From an uncultured Actinomycetes bacterium (lineage in GTDB: Bacteria > Actinomycetota > UBA4738 > JBBDTT01), in NCBI GenBank assembly GCA_963742735.1, contig CAVUMN010000004.1, positions 672,001 through 736,000 of the forward strand: a stretch of 64,000 nt of DNA. Reading direction: 5' to 3'. The notes under the pieces are model-generated. The model was not told where the DNA came from. It did not search any database and saw only the letters and a list, made by a program, of their open reading frames with translations. Positions within the stretch are counted from its first letter, which is position 1. The number at the start of each line of letters is the position of its first letter. Shown in pieces: positions 1 through 10,366 of this stretch. Both the position numbers and the translations under genes were made by a program.

Positions 1-180
1 CCCCGGGACCACGACGGCGCCACCGAGGTCCACCGCGTTCTTCGGCGCGCGGCCGGGAAGCTCGTCCCGCCGGCCGGCCCACTCGATGCGGTCCCCGTCC
101 AGGACCAGCGCGTCGGCGTCGGGGAGCGGCGGGTCGCCCGCCCACACCGCGGCGGCGGTGAGGAGCGTCCGGTCGGCCAT
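1..180 (-). CDS. Amidohydrolase family protein, N-terminus only (runs off the window edge)
   Basis: Translated by hand from ATG at 180: MADRTLLTAAAVWAGDPPLPDADALVLDGDRIEWAG...AVDLGGAVVVPG, the typical N-terminal beta domain ending in DLGGxxVxPG just before the metal-binding HxH; starts 6 nt after the LLM stop. Confidence 0.7.
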   Translation of the reverse strand, partial: MADRTLLTAAAVWAGDPPLPDADALVLDGDRIEWAGRRDELPGRAPKNAVDLGGAVVVPG

Positions 181-186
181 GCTCGC

Positions 187-1125
187 TTAGGCCACCGCCG
201 GCCCGACCTCGTTACCGAGCCACTCTACGGTCGGGAGCAGCTCGTCCATCGTCAGGGCGAGGTCGATGGACAGGAAGTCGGCTTCGGCCTTCGCGTAGGC
301 GGCGATCTGCTCGAGCATCTCCGGCCGCGACCCGCGGATCGCCGGGCGATCGGGGGTGAAGTCGGCGGCGCCCTCCGGCGCCAGACCGACGCGGACGGCG
401 ATCATGATCGCCGCCGGGTCGCGTCCGGCCACGCTCGCCTGGGAGCGGATCCGGTCGGCGCCCTCCCGGACCTCCTCGGGCGTCAGGTCGAACGCCAGCC
501 AGCCGTCGGCGATCGTCGCCGTCCGCCGCAGGGCGGCCGGGGAGTTCCCGCCGATCAGGATGGGCGGCCCGCCGGGCGTGAACGGCCGCGTCGCGAGCTG
601 GACGTCGGTGAAGTTGACGAACTCGCCCTCGAACGAGGTCGGCTCGACGTTCGTCCACAGATGACGCATCGCGGCGAGGTACTCGTCGGTCATCCGCCCG
701 CGCGTCTTCGGGTTCACGCCGAGGGCCTCGAACTCCTCGACCAACCACCCCGACCCGATCCCGAGGAGCACCCGGCCCTCGGAGAGGCGGTCGATCGTGG
801 CGATCTCGTTCGCCAGGACCAGCGGGTTCCGGTACGGAAGGACCAGGATGCTCGAGCCGACCCTGATCCGCTCGGTGGCGCCGGAGACGAAGGACATGAC
901 CGCCACCGGGTCGAGCCAGTCGATGCCCGGCTCGTAGGCCCACCACAGGCCCTTGTCCGACTGGGGGAACGGGTAGGTGCTCCCGGTGCGTTCCTTGGGG
1001 AGCACGACGTGGTCGGCCGTCCACACGCTGTGCAATCCGGCCTCCTCGGCCGCGCGAGCGACCTGGATGACGAACTCGCGGAACGCGACCGGCCCGATCG
1101 TGGGCAAGGAGATGCCGATCTCCAT
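187..1125 (-). CDS. LLM-class (luciferase-like), probably F420-dependent oxidoreductase
   Basis: 312 aa; SVWTADHVVLP, LDPVAVMSFV, LPYRNPLVLA, GRVLLGIGSGW..EEF, PILIGGNS..ALRR...ADGW. Confidence 0.85.
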   Translation of the reverse strand: MEIGISLPTIGPVAFREFVIQVARAAEEAGLHSVWTADHVVLPKERTGSTYPFPQSDKGLWWAYEPGIDWLDPVAVMSFVSGATERIRVGSSILVLPYRNPLVLANEIATIDRLSEGRVLLGIGSGWLVEEFEALGVNPKTRGRMTDEYLAAMRHLWTNVEPTSFEGEFVNFTDVQLATRPFTPGGPPILIGGNSPAALRRTATIADGWLAFDLTPEEVREGADRIRSQASVAGRDPAAIMIAVRVGLAPEGAADFTPDRPAIRGSRPEMLEQIAAYAKAEADFLSIDLALTMDELLPTVEWLGNEVGPAVA

Positions 1126-1131
1126 CGCGGC

Positions 1132-1147
1132 AGCCTAACGGTAGGGT
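1132..1147. promoter_or_regulatory. Divergent leaderless-type -10 boxes
   Basis: Minus strand TAGGCT (1137-1132) lies 6 nt before ATG 1125; plus strand TAGGGT (1142-1147) lies 7 nt before GTG 1155; no Shine-Dalgarno in the 29-nt gap. Confidence 0.65.
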
Positions 1148-1154
1148 CCGCGGG

Positions 1155-2492
1155 GTGCGCACCCTGATCCAGACGGTGGAGGCGATCGCGTCGGGGTCGA
1201 TCGGGCCGGCCGAGGCCGTCGGCGACGCCCTCGACGCGATCGAGGCCTGGCATTCGGTCACCAACCTGGCCAGCCAGGTGTGGGCGGACGAGGCCCGCGA
1301 GCTCGCCGCGACGCTGGGCGACCGCGCGGTGGGGCCGCTCCACGGCGTGCCGGTGATGGTGAAGGACCTCTACGACGTGCAGGGCCACGAGACCACCGGG
1401 TGCTGCGACGCGTTCGCGGGCGTCGTCGCCCAGGGGACCTCTCCGCTCGTGTACCGGCTGCGCCGCGCCGGGGCGATCGTAATCGGCAAGACGAACCAGC
1501 ACGAGCTCGCCGCGGGTTCCTCGAACCTGGTCTCGGCGTGCGGCGCCACGCGGAACCCCTGGGACCTCGAGCGGCTCACCGGCGGCTCGAGCGGCGGTTC
1601 CGGCGTTGCCGCCGCGGCGGGCTGCGTGCCGCTGACGCTGGGCTCGGACACGGGTGGGTCGATCCGGATGCCGGCCGCGCTGTGCGGCGTCACGGGGCTG
1701 AAGCCGACCCACGGGCGGCTCCCGCTGCACGGCATGATGCCGCTCAGCCCCTCGATGGACTGCCCGGGGCCGATGGCGCGGACCGCCCTGGACGCCGCGT
1801 TCGCGTTCTCGCTGCTCGACGGCGAGCGACCCGACCGGGTGCCGGGCCCCGTGAACGGCCTGCGCGTGGGCGTGCCGCGGGAGGGTCTGTTCGCGGGCCC
1901 GATGGAACCGGACCTGCGGGCGGGGCTGGCCCACGTCGAGGAGGTCCTGACCTCGGCCGGGGCGACGATCGTGGACGCGCCGCTCGGCGGGCTCGAGGAC
2001 GCCCCCGACGTGTGGACCGACGTCGCGTGGCCGGAGTTCGCCGAGGCTTACCCCGACCTGGACCTCGACCGGGTCTTCCCGCAGACCCGCCGGTCCTACG
2101 AGTTCGGCCGCGACCTGCCGGAGGAGCGCCGCCGGTCCGCCCGGTTCCGCCGGGCGGAGATCCGGACGACGTTCGCCCGCGCCCTGGAGGCCTGCGACGT
2201 GCTCCTGCTTCCCGCCACACCGGTGACCGTTCCGCGCGCGGACCGGGACGAGGTCGAGGTCGAGGGCACCACGATGCACGTCTCGAAGGGGGCGCTGGCC
2301 TGGTTCACGCGCCCGGTCAGCCTGGCCGGCCTGCCCGCGCTCTCGCTGCCCGCGGGGTTCGACGCCGGGGGGCTGCCGCTCGGCGTGCAGCTGGTCGGCC
2401 GCGACCGCGACGAGTGGACGCTGCTGCGCGCGGGGGCCGCGTTCCAGGAGCGCACCGACCACCACCTGCGGGAGCCCGTCCTCCCTAGGTGA
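1155..2492 (+). CDS. Amidase signature family enzyme
   Basis: PLHGVPVMVKD, GKTNQHE, GGSSGGS, GSDTGGSIRMPA (Lys-Ser-Ser triad motifs), GLPLGVQLVG. Confidence 0.92.
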   Translation: MRTLIQTVEAIASGSIGPAEAVGDALDAIEAWHSVTNLASQVWADEARELAATLGDRAVGPLHGVPVMVKDLYDVQGHETTGCCDAFAGVVAQGTSPLVYRLRRAGAIVIGKTNQHELAAGSSNLVSACGATRNPWDLERLTGGSSGGSGVAAAAGCVPLTLGSDTGGSIRMPAALCGVTGLKPTHGRLPLHGMMPLSPSMDCPGPMARTALDAAFAFSLLDGERPDRVPGPVNGLRVGVPREGLFAGPMEPDLRAGLAHVEEVLTSAGATIVDAPLGGLEDAPDVWTDVAWPEFAEAYPDLDLDRVFPQTRRSYEFGRDLPEERRRSARFRRAEIRTTFARALEACDVLLLPATPVTVPRADRDEVEVEGTTMHVSKGALAWFTRPVSLAGLPALSLPAGFDAGGLPLGVQLVGRDRDEWTLLRAGAAFQERTDHHLREPVLPR

Positions 2493-3162
2493 GGCGCGCC
2501 CGCACCGCCTCGCTCTCCAGCTCGCGCAGCGCGTCGCGGGCGATCCACCGGGCGGCGTGCGTCCCCCGGCTCTCGATCCGACGGGCCACCCGGATCGCGC
2601 GGACGTTCAGGGCCGGGTTGCGCTTGCCGATCTGTCGCAGGGACCAGTTGACGGCCTTGCGGACGAAGTTCCGGTCGTCGTCGGACTCGCGCTCGATCGC
2701 CCGCAGGAACGGGGTGAACGCCGGATCCTTCGCCCGCTTGTCGTGGACCGCGAGGGAGGCCATCAGGGCGAACCCGGCCCGCTTCTCGAACTCCGGCTCG
2801 CGGCCGCCCCATTCGAGGGCCTTGGCCCACGCCCACGGCGTTCGGTCGAACAGGTTGCCGCACGCCACGTCGCACACGTCCCACGCGTCGAACGAGGCGG
2901 CCCAGCGATCCGCGAGGGCCTCGTCGGTCAGGGCCGGGTCGGCCACGAGGACCGCGAGCAGCCGCCCCTCGTGCACGCCGGCGTCCCAGAGGTTGAGGGC
3001 GAGCGCGTGGTCGCGCTTGATCCGGCGCGCGAGCACTCGCAGCTCGGTGAGGGTCGTGCCCACGATCTCGGTCTCCGGTCGGATGCCGAACCGCCTGAGG
3101 CCATCGATCCCGCCAGGCCTCGCCAGCGAACGGATCTCCTCGAGGGCCTGCGCGACGTCCAT
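2485..3162 (-). CDS. DNA alkylation repair protein (AlkD-like HEAT-repeat family)
   Basis: C-terminal part of ORF 2485..4149 from ATG 3162: LWDAGVHEGR, FDAWDVCD, EFEKRAG, DDRNFVRKAVNWSLRQIGKRN. Confidence 0.85.
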   Translation of the reverse strand: MDVAQALEEIRSLARPGGIDGLRRFGIRPETEIVGTTLTELRVLARRIKRDHALALNLWDAGVHEGRLLAVLVADPALTDEALADRWAASFDAWDVCDVACGNLFDRTPWAWAKALEWGGREPEFEKRAGFALMASLAVHDKRAKDPAFTPFLRAIERESDDDRNFVRKAVNWSLRQIGKRNPALNVRAIRVARRIESRGTHAARWIARDALRELESEAVRARLT

Positions 3163-3183
3163 GGCCCGATAGCATCGCCCGCC

Positions 3184-4089
3184 GTGGACCGGCGTGACGA
3201 CCTGATCGGCGGCGGGTACGCCGTCGTGGCCAGCGTGGCGTTCAGTGGCGTGACCGTGATGGGCCGCAGCCTGGCGGTCGCGGGCGTCGACGTGACGAGC
3301 ATCCTGGCCGTTCGGTTCGGCGTCGCCTCGCTCGTGCTGTTCCTGGTCCTGCCCGTGGCGCGCCAGCCGGTCCGTCCCCCCGGCTCGGAGTGGCCGAAGC
3401 TCATCGCCCTGGGCGTGTTCGGCTACGCCGTGGAGGCCGGGTTCTTCTTCGCCGCCCTCCGGGAGGGGACGGCGACGGCCGTCACGCTGTTGTTCTTCAC
3501 GTACCCGGTCGTGGTCACCATCGGGTCGATGCTGCTCGGGCGGGGGATGCCCGGATGGCTGGTCGCCGGCTCGCTGGTGGCGGCCCTGGCGGGGACGGCG
3601 ATCGTGGTCGGCTCCGGCGGGGGGATCGACATCTCCACCGTCGGGATCGTCCTGGCGCTGGCCTCCTCGGTGATGTTCAGCGCGTACTTCCTGGGCGCCG
3701 AGGCCACCCTGCGCGAGACGCCCTCGCTGACCGGGGCGGCGTGGGTGGCCGGGTCGGCGTCGGCGGCGCTGGCGGCCACCGCCCTCGTCACGGGGAACGC
3801 CGAACTCCCGGAGTCCTCCGCCCAGACCCTCACCCTGCTGGCGATGGGCGGGCTGACGGCCGTGGCGTTCGTCACGCTCTTCGGTGCGCTTCGACGGCTG
3901 GGGGCGGTGCGCACCTCCGTCGTGATGGCCACGGAGCCCGTCGCGGCGGCCGCCTTCGCCATCGCGTTCCTGGAGGAGCCCCTGCGCGCGCTGATGGTGC
4001 TGGGGGGCGTGCTGATCGTCATGGGCGCCGTCGGGGCGAGCGTCGCCCGCGGCGCGCCCGAGGGAGAGATCCCGGTGGGGGAGCACTAG
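3184..4089 (+). CDS. EamA/DMT family transporter
   Basis: Hydrophobic protein of about 10 TM segments from GTG 3184; LAVRFGVA, LFFTYPVVV, TEPVAAA...FLEEPL; TAGCAT 8 nt upstream. Confidence 0.88.
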   Translation: MDRRDDLIGGGYAVVASVAFSGVTVMGRSLAVAGVDVTSILAVRFGVASLVLFLVLPVARQPVRPPGSEWPKLIALGVFGYAVEAGFFFAALREGTATAVTLLFFTYPVVVTIGSMLLGRGMPGWLVAGSLVAALAGTAIVVGSGGGIDISTVGIVLALASSVMFSAYFLGAEATLRETPSLTGAAWVAGSASAALAATALVTGNAELPESSAQTLTLLAMGGLTAVAFVTLFGALRRLGAVRTSVVMATEPVAAAAFAIAFLEEPLRALMVLGGVLIVMGAVGASVARGAPEGEIPVGEH

Positions 4090-4099
4090 GCTGGAGCCC

Positions 4100-4996
4100 A
4101 TGGGCGAGGTTCGCGTCGGGATCACCGCGTGGACGGAGAAGACCCTCATCGAGGGCTCGGACTTCTACCCGCCGGACGCGAAGTCGGCGGAGGCGCGGCT
4201 GCGGCACTACGCATCCCAGTTCCCCGTCGTCGAGGTGGACTCGACGTTCTATGGGATGCCCTCGGAGCGCAACGCCGTCCTCTGGCACGAGCGCACCCCC
4301 GCCGAGTTCGACTTCCACGTCAAGGCGTTCGCGCTGCTCACCGGGCACCCGACCCGGCCCGAGGCGCTGGTGAAGGACGTCCGCGACGCCCTCCCCGAGG
4401 CCGTACGCCAGAAGCGAACGGTCTACCCGAAGGACCTTCCCGAGGAGCTGCTGACCGAGGTGTGGGAGCGGTTCCGGCAGGCCCTGATGCCGCTGCACTC
4501 CGCCGGCAAGCTGGTGGCGATCCTGTTCCAGTTCCCGCCGTGGTTCGTCATCTCGCGCCGCGCGAAGGAGGACATCATCCGGGCGACGGAGCGCCTGCCC
4601 GACTACCGGATCGTGGTCGAGCTTCGGCACAAGACCTGGATGGAGGAGCGCAACCGGGAGGAGACCCTCGAGTTCCTGGCCCAGAACGACATCCCGTACG
4701 TGGCCGTGGACATGCCCCAGGGGTTCGACAACTCGCTGCCTCCCGTCGCGGAGGCGACGTCGAAGGAGCTCGCGGTCGTCCGGTTCCACGGCCGCAACGA
4801 GGAGACGTGGACCAAGCGCGTCGAGACCGCGGCCGAGCGGTTCAACTACCTCTACGAGGAGAAGGAGCTTCGGGAGTGGGTTCCCAGGGTGAAGGCCCTG
4901 AAGGAACAGGCGATGGAGACCCACGTCCTGTTCAACAACTGCTACCGGGACTACGCCGTGCAGAACGCCCGCCAGCTCGCCGCGCTCCTCGAATAG
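4100..4996 (+). CDS. DUF72 (YecE-like) TIM-barrel protein
   Basis: VRVGITAW, YASQFPVVEVDSTFY, LFQFPPWF, VELRH..W, VRFHGRN, FNYLY, VLFNN; TAGGCT 7 nt before the ATG. Confidence 0.92.
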   Translation: MGEVRVGITAWTEKTLIEGSDFYPPDAKSAEARLRHYASQFPVVEVDSTFYGMPSERNAVLWHERTPAEFDFHVKAFALLTGHPTRPEALVKDVRDALPEAVRQKRTVYPKDLPEELLTEVWERFRQALMPLHSAGKLVAILFQFPPWFVISRRAKEDIIRATERLPDYRIVVELRHKTWMEERNREETLEFLAQNDIPYVAVDMPQGFDNSLPPVAEATSKELAVVRFHGRNEETWTKRVETAAERFNYLYEEKELREWVPRVKALKEQAMETHVLFNNCYRDYAVQNARQLAALLE

Positions 4997-5008
4997 GCTA
5001 CGCGGGCC

Positions 5009-6085
5009 GTGGCCGACACCGTCCCCACCCCCGCGCCCACCGACGACCTCTCGAGGCCGCTGGTCGACCCGGACGCGCTGCGCCGCTACCTGGACGAGCG
5101 CCTGGGCGAGGGTCCGCCGATCGAGGTCGAGCGGCACCAGGTCGGCCACTCGAACGAGACGTTCTTCATCACGCGGGGCGACGCGAGGTGGGTCCTGCGC
5201 CGTCCGCCGCGGGGCGCGTTCCTGCCCACCGCGCACGACGTCAAGCGCGAGTTCACCGTCCTCGACGCGCTGAAGGACACGCCGGTGCGCACCCCTCGCC
5301 CGATCCTGCTCTGCGAGGACACCGAGGTCATCGGCGTGCCCTTCTACGTCATGGATCGCGTGGACGGGGCGGTGATCCGCGCCGAGCTGCCGCCCGCGTT
5401 CGCCGCCGACGTGGCCGCCCGTCGGGGGCTGGGTGAGGAGGTCATCGACGCCCTGGCCGAGCTGCACGCCGCGGACTGGCGGGCCGTCGGCCTGGAGGGC
5501 TTCGGCAAGCCGAGCGGCTACCTGGAACGGCAGCTGCGCCGGTGGGCCGGCCAGCTCGAGCTGACCGAGCCGTTCTCGCGACGGGTGGACGAGCTCCACG
5601 AGATCAGCGACTACCTGAGGTCGAACGTTCCCGCTTCAGGCGACGCCACGATCGTCCACGGCGACTACCGGCTCGACAACGCAACGTTCGCCACCGAGGC
5701 CCCCGCGCGCCTCCTCGCGATCTTCGACTGGGAGATGTCGACCATCGGCGATCCGCTGGCCGACGTCGGCTGGCTGATGACGTCGTGGGTGGAGCCCGGG
5801 GACCCCACCGACCCGGTGTTCGCGTCGCTGGCGCAGGTGACTCGGGAGGAGGGGTTCCCCACGCGCGCCCAGATGGTGGCCCGCTACGAGGAGCGCACCG
5901 GACGCGAGGTCCACGCCCTCGCCTGGTACATGGTCCTCGCCATCTGGAAGCTGGCGATCCTGCTCGAGGGCTCCTACGCGCGGCATCTGGCCGGGCTCAC
6001 CGACGACCCGTTCTTCGCCTCGCTCGAGGTCGGGGTCCCCACGATCGCCCGCCGCGCTCTCGACGTGGCCCGGGGCGGCGCCTGA
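5009..6085 (+). CDS. Phosphotransferase (APH / ACAD10-11 kinase-like)
   Basis: [51 protein letters not shown]. Confidence 0.92.
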   Translation: MADTVPTPAPTDDLSRPLVDPDALRRYLDERLGEGPPIEVERHQVGHSNETFFITRGDARWVLRRPPRGAFLPTAHDVKREFTVLDALKDTPVRTPRPILLCEDTEVIGVPFYVMDRVDGAVIRAELPPAFAADVAARRGLGEEVIDALAELHAADWRAVGLEGFGKPSGYLERQLRRWAGQLELTEPFSRRVDELHEISDYLRSNVPASGDATIVHGDYRLDNATFATEAPARLLAIFDWEMSTIGDPLADVGWLMTSWVEPGDPTDPVFASLAQVTREEGFPTRAQMVARYEERTGREVHALAWYMVLAIWKLAILLEGSYARHLAGLTDDPFFASLEVGVPTIARRALDVARGGA

Positions 6086-6735
6086 TGGCCGAGCACGAGG
6101 CTCTGTTGGTGGACTGGGGCGGGGTGCTCACGACCCCGATCCTCGAGTCGTTCCAGGCCTTCGTCGAGGAGCACGGCGTCGACCCCGAGGCCCTGCCCCG
6201 GCTGTTCAAGGACGCGTACGGGGGGGACGCGGACGCCGATCACCCGGTGCTGGCGATCGAGACCGGACGCATGTCCGAGGAGGAGTTCGGCCGCAAGCTC
6301 GCCGAGGCGCTCTCCGAGGGGCTGGAGACCCCGATCGATCCCGAGGGCCTCCGAGACCGGCTCTTCGCGACGATCCGCCCGGACGAAGCGATGATCGAGG
6401 CGGTCCGGCGCGTGCATCACGCCGGCTTCAAGACCGCGCTCGTCTCGAACTCGTGGGGCGGCTCCACCTACGCGCCCGACCTGATGGAGGACCTGTTCGA
6501 CGGGGTGGTCGTGTCCGGACGGGTCGGCCACCGCAAGCCCGACCCGGAGATCTACCGGATGGCGGCCGAGCTCATCGAGACGCCGCCCGACCGGTGCGTG
6601 TTCGTCGACGACATCGGCGCGAACGTGAAGGGGGCCGAGGCGGTGGGCATGACCGCGCTGCTTCACCGGACGGCCCAGGAGACACTCCCCGAGCTCGAGC
6701 GGCTGTTCGGGGTCTCGCTCAACGACGGGAGGTAA
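6085..6735 (+). CDS. HAD family hydrolase (ACAD10 / epoxide hydrolase N-terminal-like)
   Basis: ATG overlaps the upstream TGA; DWGGVL motif [25 protein letters not shown]. Confidence 0.9.
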   Translation: MAEHEALLVDWGGVLTTPILESFQAFVEEHGVDPEALPRLFKDAYGGDADADHPVLAIETGRMSEEEFGRKLAEALSEGLETPIDPEGLRDRLFATIRPDEAMIEAVRRVHHAGFKTALVSNSWGGSTYAPDLMEDLFDGVVVSGRVGHRKPDPEIYRMAAELIETPPDRCVFVDDIGANVKGAEAVGMTALLHRTAQETLPELERLFGVSLNDGR

Positions 6736-6740
6736 GGCCG

Positions 6741-7955
6741 GTGGACTTCGAGCACAGCCCGAGATCGCAGGAGCTCCAGGCGCGGCTCCTGGAGTTCATG
6801 GACTCCCACATCTACCCGAACGAGCGCGTCTACGAAGAGCAGCTGATGTCGCAGGACGACGTGCACGTGACGCCCCCGATCATGGAGGAGCTCAAGGCCG
6901 AGGCCCGAACCCGCGGCCTGTGGAACCTGTTCCTCCCCGACCCCGAGCTCGGCGCCGGCCTGTCGAACCTGGACTACGCGCCGCTGTGCGAGATCATGGG
7001 CCGCAGCGGGATCGCCTCCGAGGCCACGAACTGCTCGGCGCCCGACACCGGCAACATGGAGATCCTCGCCGAGTTCGGCACGCCCGTGCAGAAGGACACC
7101 TGGCTGAAGCCGCTGCTCGAGGGCGAGATCCGGTCGTGCTTCGGGATGACCGAGCCGGACGTCGCCAGCTCCGACCCGACGAACCTGCACTCCACGATCA
7201 CCCGGGACGGCGACGACTACGTGGTCAACGGCCGGAAGTGGTGGACGAGCGGCGCCGCCGACCCGCGGTGCCGGGTCTGCCTGTTCATCGGCGTCTCCAA
7301 CCCCGACGGCGACAAGTACCAGCGCCACAGCCTGGTCCTGATCCCCATGGACGCGCCGGGGGTGAACGTCCTGCGGACCCTGCCGGTGTTCGGCTACGAC
7401 GCCGGCCACGGACACTGCGAGATCGCCTTCGAGGACGTGCGCATCACCGTCAAGGACAGCCTCCTGGGCGTCGAGGGCGGCGGGTTCATGATCGGCCAGG
7501 CCCGCCTGGGGCCCGGTCGCATCCACCACTGCATGCGGGCGATCGGCATGGCCGAGCGGGCGCTGGAGCTGATGATCAAGCGAGCGCAGTCCCGGGTGGC
7601 GTTCGGGATCCCCCTGGCGAAGCAGGGCGTGATCCGGGACTGGATCGCCGAGGCCCGAGTGCGGATCGAGCAGTCCCGACTGCTGACCCTGAAGGCCGCG
7701 TGGATGATGGACACGGTGGGCAAGGACCGTGCCCGGACCGAGATCTCCGCGATCAAGGTGGCCGCGGCGGACCTGGCAACGTGGGTGGTCGACCGCGCGA
7801 TCCAGGTCCACGGCGGAGGCGGCGTGTCGAACGACTTCCCGCTCGCGCAGATGTACGCCTACGCGCGCACCCTGCACCTGGTGGACGGGGCGGACGAGGT
7901 CCACAAGATGGTCATCGCCCGCGAGGAGCTCGCCCGCTTCAAGCCCGAGGCCTAG
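6741..7955 (+). CDS. Acyl-CoA dehydrogenase (ACAD10/11-type, FadE2-like)
   Basis: [71 protein letters not shown]. Confidence 0.95.
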   Translation: MDFEHSPRSQELQARLLEFMDSHIYPNERVYEEQLMSQDDVHVTPPIMEELKAEARTRGLWNLFLPDPELGAGLSNLDYAPLCEIMGRSGIASEATNCSAPDTGNMEILAEFGTPVQKDTWLKPLLEGEIRSCFGMTEPDVASSDPTNLHSTITRDGDDYVVNGRKWWTSGAADPRCRVCLFIGVSNPDGDKYQRHSLVLIPMDAPGVNVLRTLPVFGYDAGHGHCEIAFEDVRITVKDSLLGVEGGGFMIGQARLGPGRIHHCMRAIGMAERALELMIKRAQSRVAFGIPLAKQGVIRDWIAEARVRIEQSRLLTLKAAWMMDTVGKDRARTEISAIKVAAADLATWVVDRAIQVHGGGGVSNDFPLAQMYAYARTLHLVDGADEVHKMVIAREELARFKPEA

Positions 7956-8467
7956 CCCGGCCTTCCCGCCCGCTCGATCAGCTCGTCCAGGAGCTCGGCG
8001 TTCACCGTGCCCAGGACCCGGTAACGAAGGTTCCCGTCGGCGTCGGCGATCACCGTGGCCGGCAGCCCCGGGATCGAGAGCTCACCCAGGATGCGACCGG
8101 GGAAGTCGACGATCGAGGGATACGTGACCCCGAACTCGTCCAGGTAGGCGCGGGCGGCGTTCTCGTCGTCGCGGTAGTTCACCCCGACGAACGCGACGTC
8201 CGCGCCCCCGAGCCGCTCCCACGTCGCCTGAAGGTCCGGCTGCTCATCCCGGCACGGCGCGCACCAGTTCGCCCAGAAGTTCAGGACGACGACCTTCCCC
8301 CGGTAGTCCCCGGGCTCGACCCGCCCCCCGGCGAGGGCGGGGCCCGACAGGTCGGGGAGCGTGCCCGAGATCTCGACGACCCCCGTCTCCACCTGGCTCG
8401 AGCCGGGATCGCCGGTGGTCAGGGCGACGGCGAGCGCCACCAGCGTGATCACCACTGCGGAGATCAC
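7952..8467 (-). CDS. TlpA/ResA thiol-disulfide oxidoreductase
   Basis: N-terminal hydrophobic anchor; [17 protein letters not shown] (CxxC), GLPAT; last gene of the cytochrome cluster; start uncertain. Confidence 0.88.
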   Translation of the reverse strand: MISAVVITLVALAVALTTGDPGSSQVETGVVEISGTLPDLSGPALAGGRVEPGDYRGKVVVLNFWANWCAPCRDEQPDLQATWERLGGADVAFVGVNYRDDENAARAYLDEFGVTYPSIVDFPGRILGELSIPGLPATVIADADGNLRYRVLGTVNAELLDELIERAGRPG

Positions 8468-8507
8468 GAACGACCCGAGGTACGGCTGCAGGCGTGACCT
8501 CGCCGGG

Positions 8508-9521
8508 CTACTCGACAGTCAGCGTCCCCGTCATCTGCGTCGGGTGGGCCTGGCAGTAGAAGAAGTAGTCGCCGGGATCGGGCGCCTCGAACGTGTAGGT
8601 CACCGTGTCGGGACCGGTCACGAACTCGCCCTCGAAGATCGCCGGCGCCGAGGCGTCGTTCCCATCGGTCACGGCGACGTTGTGCGCGACCCCGTCCAGG
8701 TTCTCGAACACGATGGACACGTCGGCCCCGTGCGTGTGCACGGTCAGGTCGGTCGGGTCGAACGCAGTGTTCTCCGCGGTCAGGTCGGGCTCGCCGGACG
8801 GCTCCTCGGTGGGGGGCGGCTCGCCCGACGGCGGCGGCTCACCGGACGGCGGCGGGCCCTCACCGGTCCCCGGCTCGGCGCCCTCCTCGGCGTGGATCGT
8901 CCCCTCCATGTTCGGGTGCACGTCGCAGATGAACCCGTACGCCCCGGGGGGGAGCGGCTCGACCTCGTACGCGATCGTCGCGGGACCGGTGAGGAGCGCC
9001 CCCACCAGGTGGCCGGGGTCCCCGGGCGCCGGGTGCTCGGCGCCCTCGCCGATGTGGACGTTGTGGTCGGTGGCCGCGTCGCGGTTGTCGAACTCGATCT
9101 CGAACGCCTCGTTCGCGGGGACGGTGACCTCGGGGGTGGTGAACGCGACCCCCTCGGCCACGATCGTCACGCTGGGGAGCTGCTCCTCCGGGGGCTCGGT
9201 GAACGGCAGCGCCACCGCGCCGCCGGCGACGACCAGGGCCGCGGCGATCACGATGAGCGGGAACGCGGCGGGCCGGTTGCGCACCCAGCGTCCGGCCGAG
9301 ACGAGGGCCGCGCCGACCAGGACGTTCAACGACAGGAACAGCGCGATCATCACGGCCGAGGTCTTCGAGACGGCGAGCAGCATCCGCGACGTCGAGAACA
9401 CCAGGACGAGCATCAGGACCAGCGAGACGAGCGGGATGGCCACCGGGGGCAGCCCCGTGGGGCGCTTGGGGGCCTCGGGCTGGGGAGCCGGCTCGGTGCG
9501 CTCGTCCACCGTCTCGCTCAT
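8508..9521 (-). CDS. Membrane protein with two cupredoxin domains
   Basis: From ATG 9521: 3 TM helices, then HNVHI...YGFICDVHPNMEG, a Pro-rich linker, and HNVAV...YFFYCQAHPTQMTG. Confidence 0.8.
   Translation of the reverse strand: MSETVDERTEPAPQPEAPKRPTGLPPVAIPLVSLVLMLVLVFSTSRMLLAVSKTSAVMIALFLSLNVLVGAALVSAGRWVRNRPAAFPLIVIAAALVVAGGAVALPFTEPPEEQLPSVTIVAEGVAFTTPEVTVPANEAFEIEFDNRDAATDHNVHIGEGAEHPAPGDPGHLVGALLTGPATIAYEVEPLPPGAYGFICDVHPNMEGTIHAEEGAEPGTGEGPPPSGEPPPSGEPPPTEEPSGEPDLTAENTAFDPTDLTVHTHGADVSIVFENLDGVAHNVAVTDGNDASAPAIFEGEFVTGPDTVTYTFEAPDPGDYFFYCQAHPTQMTGTLTVE
8788..8866 (-). repeat. Imperfect 18-bp tandem repeat encoding a GEPPPS linker
   Basis: Protein GEGPPPSGEPPPSGEPPPTEEPSGEP; + strand units ggcggctcgcccgacggc and ggcggctcaccggacggc. 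Confidence 0.7.
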
Positions 9522-10366
9522 GGCCTGCGGGAGCCTACCCGGTTGATCTCGCGCTCGACCGACTGCCACTCGACGGTGTTGGGACCGCCGCTGCGCTCGG
9601 CGCCGGCCCACTTGAAGAACACGATCGTGAGGACGCCCCACAGGATCGCCCCGCCTCCCAGCTTCATGATCAGGCCCGCGATGCGCATGTCCTCGAGGGC
9701 GGAGAGACCCCACAGCCGGGGGAACGTCTCGTAGACGTGGTACAGGGGCGCGCTCCCGAACGTCAGGAACGAGGCCGGCACCGTCGGCAGGATCGACTGG
9801 AGGAACAGGTAGAGCATCTGGCCCGGATACGACAGGCGGGGGAGCTCGGCGAGCGGGCTCAGCACCGGCCACCACATGATCAGCCCCGACAGGACCAGCA
9901 CGAAGTGGATCGCGAAGTGCAGCGGCTCGGAGTCGACGGAGGCCTCGACCACCGCGGGCCAGTGCGTGGTCACCAGCACGGCGTTGAACACCACGAACGC
10001 GACCGCCGGCTTCAGCACCACCCGCGCCACCGGCATCACCGGGCGGAGGAACGCCCGCAGAAGCCAGTCGGGCGTCCCTCGGATGAGCAGCGGCGGCGCG
10101 ATGAGCGTGAACAGCAGGTGCTGGGTCATGTGTGCGCTGTAGAGGTAGCCCTCGGAGAGGTCGTGCATCGGCCACTCGGCCCCGACGAGCATGACCACGA
10201 CGCCGGTGACGAACAGCGCGATCTGTCCGCGCGTGGCCGCCGGCTCGCCCCGGCCCACGTACCGCGGGCCGAGCCACCGCAGGGCCAGCCCGTAGAGCAC
10301 CAGCACGCCCGCCATGACCGCCCACACATCGGGGTGGGGATGCCAGGCGGGGAACTCAGCCACCAA
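9518..10366 (-). CDS. ctaG: Cytochrome c oxidase assembly factor, Caa3_CtaG family
   Basis: YLYSAHMTQHLL...APPLL, H..HF..LV..G..MWWP, DMRIAGLIMK; multi-TM; inside the cta operon. Confidence 0.88.
   Translation of the reverse strand: MVAEFPAWHPHPDVWAVMAGVLVLYGLALRWLGPRYVGRGEPAATRGQIALFVTGVVVMLVGAEWPMHDLSEGYLYSAHMTQHLLFTLIAPPLLIRGTPDWLLRAFLRPVMPVARVVLKPAVAFVVFNAVLVTTHWPAVVEASVDSEPLHFAIHFVLVLSGLIMWWPVLSPLAELPRLSYPGQMLYLFLQSILPTVPASFLTFGSAPLYHVYETFPRLWGLSALEDMRIAGLIMKLGGGAILWGVLTIVFFKWAGAERSGGPNTVEWQSVEREINRVGSRRP

Noticed and set aside
1155-2492. gatA assignment
   Set aside because: No gatB or gatC adjacent; only generic amidase motifs
8788-8866. Tandem repeat as CRISPR or a non-coding VNTR
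   Set aside because: In-frame 18-bp coding repeat with no spacers and no cas genes
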